DNA from: Enoplolaimus lenunculus
Taxonomy: Eukaryota
Direction of reading: 5' to 3'
Length of the DNA stretch: 64,000 nucleotides
NCBI GenBank assembly: GCA_030248215.1
Contig: JASANG010000864.1
Span: forward strand, 62,001-126,000
Of this stretch, positions 1 through 12,664 are shown one piece after another (the stretch's first letter is position 1; every line of letters starts with the position of its first letter). Both the position numbers and the translations under genes were made by a program. The notes under the pieces are model-generated. The model was not told the DNA's origin. It did not search any database and was given only the letters and a program-made list of their open reading frames with translations.

Positions 1-9
1 TCATTTTAG

Positions 10-3000
10 GAATATTTATTTCGCCGACCATGGCAAATCGAATTGTATCTCGATTATGAAAATCATATCCGAACGCGTGTTGAATACGACGATATTTTGT
101 GAACGCGGGTTAAACGTTCGTTCAATGGTGATTGATCAAAAATCTGGGTAAATTGTTTAATTATTCTTTCGTTCATATCAAAGTCAGCGGCGGAAAGTTT
201 TTCTGTGGGACAAAAAACATATAAGCATAAGCGTTCCACTAAATTTTTGCATAGGCTTAGGCTTAGGCTTAGATAGATATAAGCTCATTCTTACGGAGTA
301 AGCGTATTAGTGTTACACTAAATTTTTGCGCAGGCATAGGCTTAAGCTTAGGTATAAGCTCATTCTTATGCTTAGGCTTAGGCTTGGGCTTAGGAATATG
401 CCCATATGACTATTGCGCCCCAGTTGTACACATTGACCAATTATTTAAAGGCTTTGTTATTAGAAACCCTATTCAGACTTGCATGTTTTTGCCACGGGAA
501 CTTCTTGCTCTTGCAAGACTGCGCCGGTGAGGCTACGATTTGCCAGGTCTCCAAGCACTGGTTGCAGGGGGTACACATTTGAATTGCGCCGTACCCAGTT
601 TGCCTAGCGGCGAAACCAGAAATTTCTAATGGAGGGATGGGTTCTAATATATACGATGACGCACCTAAACTGCTGTTGAGCTTTTGTGCACCTTGTGACG
701 TAATCTAAAAGAACGTATCACTCAAGCGTTGGAATCCACTTCAAAATCGAAAACAAGACAATTTCATTCTGGTCTGAGAGTCTACCGCGTGCTGGCGTAT
801 GCTTCCAATGACATTCATGTAGACGGCCATGTTAAATATTAATGTATAAATTACACTAACCTTTTCTCACATGAATATTTTCTATTTCCCCTGACACCTA
901 CTTTTATGCTAGGATTCGAACTCCAGTGACTGGAGTGGGAGGCGTATACCATCACCGCTCAGCTATAGGAGCTTGACGCTCGAGCCCGAGGGGGCTCTCA
1001 CGTCTTGTGGTGATTTAGTACTATGCATACGTGTTGCAATTGTTAAACGCAATACGGTATAGATTATTTAACGTATATACACTGCGCTGAGTAGCCTATA
1101 GGCAACTCTATGTGAGAAGAGGTTAAAATCGAAACGATAGTAAAACAAATTACTCCTACCAAAATAGCACCAAAATTGTTTAATCTGTTGTGTACAACAG
1201 TGACAATAAATTTGCGAACGAAACGAGCTAGAAGCTTGGCAAATTTTAGCATTGAAGTCCTTTTGAAATTTGCTAATTTTTTACGTATAAAAAATGGTGG
1301 GCTACAGCTCCATGAGCCCATTTTGGATTCGCCACTGAACAAAGCCAATTGTTTTTCTTAGGAGGAGGGTAATGAACGAAGCCAATTGTTTTTCTTAGGA
1401 GTGGGGGTGTGAACTTTTATAGCGATGAATTATCGCAGTTTACCTTGGAAATTATTTTAATCTAATGTTTACGCAGAATAATGACGTCTATTTTTAGTTA
1501 TTTATACTTTGCTCATTGGAACAATACATCTGCAAATAGTGGTACTTCGTATATCGCTCGGATTGGACAAGACGGTACAGCGTACCGTAACCTAGTTTCA
1601 AAACCGCATGGATTCAGCCTATCACGTCCGTCCGCGTTAGCACTTGACACAAAAGCACAAATGTTGTTTTGGTTTGATTTTGATCCCAATTCCGAATCAA
1701 ACGCCGGCCGATTTTGGTAACGTTTTGTGGCAAAAAACCTGTAGTTGAATAATTAGGCAGGCGTCTGCATTAAAGTGCCTGATTCGCGTTTTCAATGAAC
1801 GTTTGGTAGCGTTTAGAACAGGATCAGAACTTAACACGCAATTTTAGCACTAAATCTGATTACTACTACAAGTTTGCTTATGGTCTTTGTTTGGGAGCAA
1901 GGCTTGAGTACTCGAGTTTGAACCGGCTGTGTATTAACAAATTATGTGTTAAGATTCAAATTGATTTGAAAACTTTAGAAACTGCCCTTTTTGAACTCTC
2001 ACTGATTCCGTTGTGTATGTGTCTGGCCCATGTTACTTTATGGGGCGTCCAGGTTTCTGAAGGGCTATAAAAGAGTAGGTTTAGATTCTAGATTACAGTT
2101 TTTGCTTAGGCTTATGTTTAGGCTTAGGCGTAGGAACACATTTTTGCAACGCTTAGGCTTAGGCTTAGGCTTAAGAATGTATACACTTAATCTACTGCTA
2201 CGCCCCTTAAAGTAACATTAGCCATGTGTCTTAAAAAATGTTTGCTTATTAGCATACTTGTTAACGGTACCTTTAAAGGTGTCCAAATTCCCAGTAATTT
2301 TGTTTGCAGTGCCGGAGCAGGCTAGGGTGACGGCCACCCAAAATTCCATGGTGGTAACCACTTGCGATGATCAGAACATTTTCAACTTCCCATGAATATT
2401 AACGGCTATTTTTTGTTCAAAATATTGTTAGGATGTGGCCCCCTCGCTGGGGTGGTCCTATCGTTGGGGTGGCTTCCTCGTTGGAGTGGTCCCCTCGTTG
2501 GGGCGGCTCCCTTGTTGGGGTGACTCGTTGGCGCGTGGCCCCCTTAAATGGGGATTATGAGATGTGGCTGCTTAGGTCCTGCGTACGTTATAACCGCAGG
2601 CAGATGTTAAAGTTGTTTGAATAGTAAGCAAATTAACGTTGAGATTCGTCATTATAAAGTTTGTAAACATAATAAATATGTTAAAATTAAATAGCAAATT
2701 TTGCTTTTAAAATGTAATTCATTTTTGAGGTACGCAAGCATCTCACAGCTCACCGAGCGAAGCATTTATTACTCAATTTACCCCACCGCGTTGCCTGTCG
2801 ATCCTTCACCCAGCAAACCCAATGCACTCGTCAACTTTTTGACAATTGTTGATGGAAATCTGTTCTGGCACGACCCACAGCCATCGGGTGGCATTCGAAG
2901 TGCCCCTAAGTTTACACATGACTCAACTAGCGCCACCCAGCATGATTTCATTGGAGCTGACGAAAATGTTTGGGGAATGTTTGCAGTTTACCGCGAGACA

Positions 3001-6000
3001 GGTACAGGCCGGTGGCCAGGTTTCCTTGCTAAGGGATGCTGAAAACTTGTTAAAAGGGGGCATACAAGGGAGTTCGATGACTTACGAGCAAGGTTGAAAA
3101 TTGTTTAGGAGGCACAAAATTCTTCTATGGAAGTTGAACCCATTCGGCCGTCCTCTGGCTACGGGCCGGAACGGGTAGTACTATAACTTCAAACGCAAAC
3201 TTGGGGGTTAGATTTGATTGGTGCTATAAACCATTTCAGAATGCAGGCACTTTTCTTTAATATGACTTTCTATTTTTTTACAAAGTAATCAAATACATTA
3301 CGTCTTGTAAGCCCATGTTAATTATATGGGCCTTCCCACTAAGCCAAAAAGCCTAAGCCTAAACCTTAGATTAAAAACAAGTCATATATGTACTTAGTAT
3401 ATAATTAAATTTTCTCAAAGTTTCATTTAAATAGTCAAATTATTTTTAATTCATTTAATAAACCAGTGGTAGAATCTGGTTTACTAGCATTTGCGACTGA
3501 TCACAAACCCGGCGAGGGGGCGTCTCAACTAAATTTCTAGAAAGACAAGAAAAAAGGTTCTAGTAGGTTTTAGACCAACTTTTGGCAATAGATATGATGT
3601 AGAAAAATGTAATGATTTGTTTACGATCGGTTGTCAAACTGAAATACATGGTTAATTAATGTAATTTTAGAATCAGAACAACTAAATTTTAGAATCAGAA
3701 CAACTAAGCCAATTGTCACATCCGTGTAACATTGCAAACGCCGGCTGTAGTCAATTTTGCCTGCGGTCTCCATTTCCACAACGCGGATCTCGGCACCGAT
3801 TGCATCATATATGCCGGTGCGCAACCGGATATATTGCTCAAACCTCGGACGACGCGGAATGTCAACAAAATTGTTCTGCGCATCGAATGTTTGAATGCCG
3901 GATGGGAAATGTTAGTTTGTCACATAAAGAGTCAAACCCAATCACTTTCTACTAAAAAAGGATTTCATACCCTTTATATGGGTACCTTTGAAATTTCTCA
4001 CAGACCTTTCGGGGCCCAGATTATAATCTCTTTCTAGCATTTGGCCGAAACAGCAATACTACTTTGCCGATTTGCTAAAATTGAACATAAAGCAATTTTA
4101 CGGCCTTAGTAAAGATCAGGAACGGAACGTTACTCTGCGGAACTGCAATAATGTAAGCTTATGCTTTAGTCTAACTTTTTTGTTTAAGATTAGGCTTAAG
4201 CTCAGGAACATGCTTATACTAGTGTCACAGCGCTATTCTGTACATGTGCCAATTTTACTATACCTGACACAATTTCCGAAGACAAGCAGTTATACTATTG
4301 GTCAAAGGCTTACACTGACAACCTTTGATCAGACATCGATAAATTTTCTATCAACATCTGCCAGGGTGCGACCGGATGTTAATTTACCGAATACCGGAAC
4401 CGGATACAGTTATTGAACTTCTTACCGGAACAGGAACCGGAGACCGGATATAGTATATTTCAAAAATAATATATTTTTCGTTGTAATTTTAGCGTCATCA
4501 AGGTTTTCGTCTATTATAATGTTCATAATTGCTGCTGATAAACTGAATTTTTTTAATTAATACAATGATTGCACTCAATTCTAAAGTCGTAGGTATAATC
4601 TCAAAACTAAAGCGCAAAAGAATAAGTGCCAGCTTGAACCTAATCCCTAAGAGATTCTGGAATCATTCACGTCTTTCTAGTAAACGATGTTGTTTTAGTA
4701 TTAGACGATTTTTGTTAGTTTTAGAAATGCATTACTCGTAGCCAAGTTTGCGATTCAAATATTGACTGTCCGGACGGTTCGGACGAAGTCAGTTGCAATT
4801 CCAAAGGTAAAATTATTAATCTTCGGCCTTACATTTGGAATTATCTAAAAGACCAAAAAATGTTTTAGTCCCCATTCAATATGTCTTAGGCTTAGGCTTA
4901 TGCTTTCGATTATTTCTACCAAGAGTGTATAATGACAAGAGTGTGCAACTCTTGGGATGCCGCATGGTACAAAATGTACCACCGGGCGTTGCGTTTTTAG
5001 CCGACCCCACGCCCATGTTCAGAATACCCCTAAATCAATCTATAAGGTGACAATGTTTGATACCGCATACATAATGTGCGATGGTTCGCACCGGCTGTAA
5101 CCCCCTCTAGATAAAGGGGACTACGGCAAAAGCGCAACGCGTGCCGGGTACATTTATTTCTACACAGAATGTGCCCAGTTAAACACTCTTGTTAATTAGC
5201 GATTATCCACTCTTGCTTGTACTGATATTGTATGCGAGAGACAAACTATTAAACATTCTGTAGAAAAACGCGATAAAATTCAACTAAAAATATTCATAAA
5301 GCAACTTTTTTGTACACTATTTTATAGGTTTAGGCTTTAAGGCTCACACTTAGGCTTACGGTTGAACCTATTAAGGCTAAGCCAATGGTTTAATTTTAAT
5401 ATGAAATATTAAATACAAGGCCCGTTTTGGTTATACTCTCACCACGTGGAGCATCCATAATTTACTTTTATTAGTAGGCTTGTAATATGCGGCGGCACAC
5501 AATAACATCTCGGGATTGTAACTACCTCGGCGGGCAAGGAATCACTTTTTATGGATATTTTAACCCCCTGATCGAAATTTTTTCCAGAACAATCATGACA
5601 GAAAAGTTTCATTTGCACCCCTTTTTTACCATCTCCTTTGCCTTCGACTAACAATTACTTGTTTTTGGGCCAGGGTTAATAAATTGACATTCAGTCAGAG
5701 GGGTAACAATTGGCTAAAATTCCCTAAGGATCCCACGTTCTCGCGCACCCTAAACATTGCGTAATGCCCACTGTTACTCTTGTACACTTTCCCCCACAGG
5801 CAGGCCTTAGGCTTGAGTTCAAACTTTGGTTAGGTTTTGGAAAACGCCTGCCTACAGGCGCGTCCGCAGAAAGTTATATTTGGGGGAGGGGGCACCGAGG
5901 AATTTTGCGGGGCCATTACGCTTGCAATTCAAGATTGTTTACTTTTCGACCAAGTTTCTTTGGGGGGGGGCACCAAACAAATTTGGGGGCGGCACGCCCT

Positions 6001-6388
6001 CCAGTGGCCCCCCGCAGGGACTCCCTTGCTCGCCTAAGTCCATGCCTAAACCTTTGCCTACAGCGTTCACCTAAAATCCTTTAACATATAATGTGGGTGA
6101 ATGTGTATGAGCGCTTCCACCCTAAATAATATACTGGTTTCTTTTTCAGCCGCCATGTCTAACGTCGGGCCGTTTCGATTAGTCCACCAGCGTGACTCAG
6201 TGATCTCATCAGAAGCCCAAAAATCATCGCAAACAACGTCACAACATTCGTGTGCTTCTTATGACATTTTCCCACGCTATTGTCAACTTGTTCACAGACA
6301 ATTAGGCGACAGTGTGTTTTGTCGCTTTAGTGGAGTCGCGTCTAGTTGCCCTAAAACTTGTTGCCGCTATCTTAGATCGTGGGCGTAA
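10..6388 (+). CDS. LRP/LDL-receptor-like protein, 3' part (YWTD-type propeller repeats, EGF, LDLa, C-terminal ShKT-like domain); 5' end lies outside the window
   Basis: Exons 10-147, 1498-1716, 2730-3001, 3693-3910, 4725-4806 and 6150-6388 have AG/GT ends and compatible phases. Peptides: NIYFAD, YLYFAH, MLFWFD, NLFWHD (YWTD-like); HPCNIANAGCSQFCL...CRCATGY (EGF); FECRMGN|KCITRSQVCDSNIDCPDGSDEVSC (LDLa); stop at 6386-6388. Confidence 0.85.
905..968 (-). other. tRNA-derived (SINE-like) Pol III internal promoter remnant
   Basis: A-box-like TAGCTGAGCGG (955-965) and B-box GGAGTTCGAATCC (912-924) at tRNA-like spacing; no convincing cloverleaf. Confidence 0.35.
2025..2223. mobile_element. GGCC-ended MITE with internal TTAGGC repeats (family B, Merlin-like)
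   Basis: TIR ggcccatgttacttt/aaagtaacattagcc; perfect 8-bp TSD atgtgtct. Related copies at 7573-7913 (TSD gaaaatat), 13759-13997 and 51947-52136. Confidence 0.8.
4725..4806 (+). CDS. LDLa-domain exon of the LRP-like gene (not in the ORF track)
   Basis: ttttag|AAA TGC...AAA G|gtaaaa; encodes KCITRSQVCDSNIDCPDGSDEVSCNSK with the canonical DCxDGSDE motif. Confidence 0.9.
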
Positions 6389-6908
6389 AATCTCTATAAC
6401 CAGAAATGACGGCTGTGGGATGGCCAATCATCACATCGCTCGAAAAAATTGGGACCTTAATTTAGATCACGTAAAATGGTTCTTGAATGAAATAACGCTC
6501 AGTACAAAATTTGACTCATTACGCAAGGTGTACCAATATTCATAGCAGCATACTCAAGTCTTAAAAACATATTCTTAAAACGAACTTAAACATAAGAGAA
6601 TGGCCGAAATTAGTCAAAGGTGGTATGGTAGTCCAAATAACTAGAGTTGCATCGTAAAATAAATAAGCCGGATTTGAATAGCAAGGGGTACTCTGTAAAC
6701 AGATGAAATAAATATCAGTCACCCACATCCTCTTATTCGAGTCACTACAGTAAAGCCTCAGCCTCTAAAATTTAAATAAAATATTTTAATTTTTGAAATC
6801 TCTAAGTTCGCCGGTCTCATTGGTTCCTAATGGAAACGCCCTTGTAGATAATGTACATGGGCCGGTCTTAATATAAAAAGTAAGTAGTACTTGTGCCATA
6901 AAAGTATG

Positions 6909-7112
6909 GGCCAATGTAAAGAACAGGGGCGGAACAGTATTATAAGCATATTCCTAAACCTAAGCCTAAGCCTAAGCGTAACAATGAGCATATTCATAAT
7001 CCTAAACCTAAGCCTAAGCCTAAGCCAAGCATAAAATCAGTCCAAAGCTTAATAAGCTTACTCCATTGTAGTCCCACAGAAAAACGTTCCGCTCATGATC
7101 TTTACATGGGTC
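6909..7112. mobile_element. GGCC-ended MITE with internal GCCTAA/TTAGGC repeats (family A, Merlin-like)
   Basis: TIR ggccaatgtaaagaaca/tgatctttacatgggtc; perfect 8-bp TSD aaagtatg. Related copies at ~8400-8585, ~9680-10022, 10557-10732, ~30550-30732, ~33440-33578, ~33875-34080, 34904-35002, ~38340-38449, 59713-59986 and ~62195-62330. Confidence 0.8.
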
Positions 7113-7225
7113 AAAGTATGTTACGAAATAATTTTTGTATATATTTCACAGTTAAATAAAAGACACTGTTCGTTTGGATGTGGACTAAAGTTAATTTGAT
7201 TTGCGTCGACCATAAATAGAGGTTA

Positions 7226-7434
7226 CACTGTAAAAAATTGTGAGTCAAAGTGACTCTTTCCGAAATAGGCTCTACGGGACTACACAAACTGAGTCAAATT
7301 CGACTCCTCCAGAGTCAAACGTGCGACTCAGAGATTAGAATTTGACTCCGGCGGAGTCGAATTTGACTCAGTTTGTGTAGTCCCGTAGAGCCTATTTCAG
7401 AGAGAGTCAATTTGACTCACCATTTTTTACAGTG
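7226..7434. mobile_element. Palindromic MITE CACTG...CAGTG flanked by TA
   Basis: Nearly the whole element is one inverted repeat; TA on both sides. Copies at 7737-7855, ~17846-17950 (half), ~51537-51738 and ~52494-52702. Confidence 0.85.
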
Positions 7435-7572
7435 TACCATAAAATAGAGAATGCCTCATTCTGCATATACGTGATCGGGAAAATACATGAATCTTCTAGA
7501 GACAAGAGAAAAAACATTTTTACTTGCTTTATCTGTAGAGGTGAGACGGTTTCCGCTCGCTACAGAAAATAT

Positions 7573-7913
7573 GGTCAGTGTTACTTTTAGGGGCGCAAAC
7601 AGTAGATTAAGCGTCTTTCTATGCCTAAGCCTGAACGTTATAAAAATGCGTCACTAAGTCTAAGCCAAAACCTAAGCGTTGCAAAAACATATGCCTAAGC
7701 CTAAGCAAAAAAAATGTAATCTAGAATCTAAACCTACACTGCAAAAAATGGTGACTCAATTTGTGACTCTAGCGGAGTCGGATTTGACTCAGTTTGTGTA
7801 GTCCCGTAGAGCCTATTTCGAAGGGAGTCAATATGACTCACCATTTTTGGCAGTGTACACTTTTATAGACGACCCAACAGAAACCAGGACGCCACTAAAA
7901 AGTAACATGGGCC
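7573..7913. mobile_element. Family B MITE with a CACTG MITE (7737-7855) nested inside it
   Basis: Outer 8-bp TSD gaaaatat; the inner element interrupts the host aaaccTA|c..ttttat with TA duplicated (compare the uninterrupted copy at ~13940). Confidence 0.8.
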
Positions 7914-8862
7914 GAAAATATTAATTTAGTTTTGTACCCTCTTGAAATAAAATTTTGGCTGCGTCCCTAAATGTAGACGTTAAAAACATCAACACTTAGC
8001 TTCTTCCTTCGCTTGGTTGACCCATGTAAAGATTATGGTAGATCGCTTTCCGTGCGACTGCAATAGAGTATTAAGCTTAAGCTTTAGAATCATTTTTTAC
8101 TTAGACTTAGGCATAGGTATAAGTTCATTCTTATGCTTTGGCACATGAGTATGCTTAAGTATACTGATGTTACAAATCTGTGCTATACACTGGCCGCTTG
8201 GCTCATAGGAATCAAATCAGTTTACCTTACGCCCCTGAAAATTTCTGACGGGGGAATAATGCAAAAGAGCCAGTTTTACATTATATAAACATTAATTTAG
8301 TTTCTACTTTTTGTAACAAAAATTTCGCAGTCTCTGTATTATATCTTGAAAACTTTTAAATCTTATAATACTGAGACTTCGATCTGTTTTATGGCTCATG
8401 AATTAAAACAGGGCAGGAACGGTATAAGCATATTCCTGTGCCGAACTCTAAGCCTAAGCCTAAGCGTAAGTATGAGCATATTCCTAAGCCTAAAGCCTTC
8501 GCAAACCAGATTGTCTAAAGATTAAGCTGACTCTATTACAGCTCCGCCAGAAAACAATCCGGCCCTGTTCTATGCATATGGGCCTGTTTATTATAGCCAG
8601 AGGTACGTTTAAAATTTCAATCAAGACAGTGTACTCGCTAGATTTCATTTTTATTAATTTGAAATATTTTGCAGCGGTTTGTTTGTTTGTTCGATAGCTT
8701 TTCTGGAAAACATTTTATTAGTCCATTCTTACATTAACAGAAAAACGACTGATTCAAAATAGTAAATGGGTTCTTGCTAACCACCACCAACATTGCGTCA
8801 AGCAAAACATTTGCCAATCTTTATGTAAAGGTCCCACTTTGGTCATATCGCATCATTGAGTC

Positions 8863-9410
8863 CTATCTTCTTCGCAACCCTTTAGCCCCAGTGCCCGGAA
8901 TCACCCCTGTTCGGCTTCGGCTGGCAGCAGCACTTTTCGGCCGTTGTGCGGATCGAACAACTTGGCGGCGTCTTTCGTCAGCTGAGGCCGTTCGGGCTCC
9001 TGCGTAAGCAGTTTGGGCACCTCCGGTTCGCCGCCGGGCACCACCGGTAGTCGCAGCAGCAGCGGCAGCTATCAGCGTTGCTCCGGATACCGAACGACCA
9101 CCCATGGCGAATCCAGATCCAGGTGCCAGCAACGACGACGCATCCTGGTCGGCGCCGGGCGAAACCTGGGCGGCGGACAGACGATAAACATCGGCGAGCA
9201 GCCGGTAATCTCGCCCATGCCGCAGCCCAGATCCGGCAGCTCCGGTGCCGTGCCCGAGTGCTAGCCGGAGCTGACGCGGCGTCATATGGTGAACAAGGTT
9301 TGAGAATAACGGATTTCGGTTAGATTGCTGCTGTTGACGAAGCGCTAGAATGCTCGGTGAAATTGGCGCAAGAGTGTTCGCATTTGCTGGTTCATCATTG
9401 AGGGCTGTAG
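8863..9410 (-). CDS. Orphan phase-1 terminal exon (Ala/Gly/Arg-rich); possibly an alternative C-terminal exon of the innexin
   Basis: gaaattttag acceptor at 9411-9420; the frame is open from the acceptor (TALNDEPANANTLAPISPS...) through ORF 8863..9285 to TAG; GC-rich island in AT-rich DNA; AATAAA on the minus strand at 8650-8655. Confidence 0.55.
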
Positions 9411-11371
9411 CTAAAATTTCTTGAAAAACTCAGGAGTCTTTAGACATGTTTGCCTTTGCCTATATCTTTTTTGTTACAGTTTTTAAAATAATTTCCCTAT
9501 GGAAACGTTTCGCTTGCCCCTAGCAGACCGATGTTAAATTATAGGCGCCTGACAACTGGAATACATGGGTACTCGGGAATTGGAGACTAGAAACCTTTGG
9601 CTTGGGTTCCGACTTAGGACTTAGGCTTAAGTTTAGGTTTAGATTTTGACTTAGTAGGCAGGCACCGGTAGCTAACATGACCTATGTATAGAACAGGGCC
9701 GGAACGTTTTCCTGCAAGGCTGTAAATAGCGTCAAGTTGAGCTTTAGACTAACTTTTTTTTGCTTAGGCTTAAGCTTAGGCCTAGGAATACGCTTGTATC
9801 ACTGTTCCGGCCCTGTTCTATACAAAGATAAGGGGCGGTACGCTATTCTGTTATTAGAATAGAGTAAGTTTAAGTTTTAGACCATTTTTTTGCTTGGCTT
9901 AGGCTTAGGCTAAGGCGGCCTAGGAATAAACTCATTCTTACGTTTAGGTTGCGGCTTAGTCTGAGCCTTAGGCTTAGGAATATGCTTATAATACTGTTCC
10001 GCCCCTGTGCTTTACACTGGCCGTTTAATTTAGCAAAGTAATTCAAGCAAAAATTTACCATCAAACATCGTTTCCAGTCAAAACAGTTTCGGGAAGCACT
10101 TGTATGTAAAGTTCCCACGCCCGAACAATACGAATACTTGTTTACACGTACGTGAATGCCTGCATCCCAATTATAGAACACGTGGCTTCTTGTTTACACC
10201 TCACTGCATGTAAAATCACAGCGCAATACTTTGACGCACGTTCAATTCAATACATTTGTCCATTTTATATTTGACAAATTTTAGCCAATAAAACATCTGG
10301 AAGCACCTCTAGAAATTCTTACCTCTATTAAAATATAAGCTAGAAACAATAATTTTACTACCGCTAATGTTGACTAAACAACAAAAACAACACTGTGTTA
10401 TGTGGTTCGTTTACATGTTGATCAAGCCAAAAATTTCAAATTTTGAACGTCGGCTTGAGCTATTTGGCAACGCTGATTGAATACAGCGTTAACTTCAATG
10501 TAAATTAAATTGAAACCTGGGTCACACAGAGTACTTTAATTATTTACGAAAGTTTCGGCCAATATATAGAACCGGGCCGTAGCAGTTGTATAAGCGCATA
10601 CCTAAGCCTATGCCTAAGTCTAAGCGTAAGGATGAGCTTATACCTAAGCCTAAGCATAAATTAATCTAAAGCTTAAGCTACGCTATTGCAACCCCGCAGA
10701 AAAACGTTCCGCCTCTGATCTTTACATAAAGCAAAGATTCAAACGGATTTATGACATAATTCAAACCCGTTCTAAAATGCTGGCGGAAGACAGATCAAAA
10801 AATCACATGAACAACATGAAGTTGGGTTTATATTACTGCATAAAAAACACAAGGCACTATAAGTAATGCACAATACCCATCGCCTATATACCGGAACCCG
10901 AACAACATCGAAGGCTTACGTATTTTAAGATTTAGGCTTAGGTTTAGATTTACTTTTAGCGTTCGGGACCTGTTTCTGTAAATTTAAGCAGTGTCACGGC
11001 ATGCATATATCAATGGCCATGTGAAAATAACGCGCAGGTAATACCTGCTTACCCATATGTGCACATGCGATCAAATCCACTTCAATATTCAACCAGAACA
11101 ACAAAACCTTTTAAGGCTGTATTTATCAGTTACCATATAAAACACTACGTTTGCTCATACAGGGGACAAGGGCAGGGACACTGTTTAACCCCACCAGTTG
11201 TGCCATGTTGAAAATTTTGCAATGCAAACGGAGTCATCGATTTGCGACATCGGCTCAATTAAAATATTAGCTATGTATTTTTCAAATTATAAAAATCAAG
11301 ATGTAAGATAATTTATCCTGCTAGTCGTAAAATTTTCAAGCCGCCACTAGCGTATCACAAAAAATTGGTAC

Positions 11372-12371
11372 CTACAGCAAAGTCGGAGGCCGATCAAAAA
11401 CGCTAAATTGCTGCATATTATTTCTACGAGATTGGTTATTATTCATTGGGGTACCCTCTGTGGAATCGGACTTTACATTGAATGCAGGTATTGCCATTAG
11501 TATATCGTGGTTAATATGATTAGTTTGTGCGTCAGGCACCCTATTGCCCTCGCTAGGGTTAGCATTTTGAAAAGTCAACCGGCCATAATTAGCAATAGAC
11601 GGTGCAATACGTGCTTGTTGTTGCAGTAACTTGCTTGCAGTAATTGCAGCTTGCATTCCAGCATGCGGTGCGTTGGACAGTGTATAGTTTGAAGCGTTAT
11701 TGATGTGCTTTGTTGAATAAGATCCCTCAGAATCGCTTTCATTACCATCGCTTGGAGACGGGACAATCAGACGAAGCTGCGGTCTTGAGCCATCAGCCAA
11801 TTGCCGACCACCATTGGCCGACGTTCGCAGACGAACACTTGGAGATCCTTCGATTCTGCCGAATTTGTCTTGCTGAATAAATATTTCTGCCTGCCTGTCA
11901 CCGCCACCAATGACGTCATCTTTGTCGTCGTTTCTGATTGGCTGATTGCTGTCGTAAGGCGGTGCAGAAGCTTCGAGATTAAGTTTTCCGTATTTCGGCT
12001 CTTCCAACAGTATTGGAGCACGACTGCTCAGTAATTTCTCATCGTCCCCTGATTTCTGAGATACCGGACGCAACCTTAACATATTGAGCTGATTATCAAA
12101 CTTTGACCGATTGAGTGCTGAATAAATCGCATCCAGCGACGTTGGCTTTTCCGCGCGCTCGTTTGACGCGCGCTTTTTGAAATCTTCTTCGATGCCGTAA
12201 AATGTTCGCCACAATGACAATGTGAGATCGGTGCCGAAGATAATTCCCGAATGCATTGTAATCATTCGAAGTATGAACAGGCCGTCGGTTTTCAAGTAGC
12301 CTCGAACAAATCTGTCAACGTCGCGGGCGCTTTGAGATGGGTCGAACGGCATTTCGGATAGTTCTAAATGT
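11372..12371 (-). CDS. inx-10: Innexin constant exon 5 (cytoplasmic C-terminal domain and long tail ending in PTLL)
   Basis: tttcag|A CAT TTA GAA (phase 2); RHLELSEMPFDP...YLKTDGLFILRM...; TAG at 11372-11374. Confidence 0.9.
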
Positions 12372-12618
12372 CTGAAACGAATTCGATTGTCAAGGTACTA
12401 ATATAATTTAAAAGAACTAATATTTATTGTAACCTCAATAATAACTAGTCTGCTAGCTTTGCGCAATGCGCAAAAGTAGCGAAAGTACAAAGATTTCCTT
12501 GCTAATTTTTCTTTACATAGAACACTCACGTGTTTTTTCTATGAAATTATTGTTAACAAAGTAATGCTGGAAAGTTGCCCAAAATACGTGTGTGAGGCGT
12601 TACAGCTTTAATATATAG

Positions 12619-12664
<46 letters not shown>

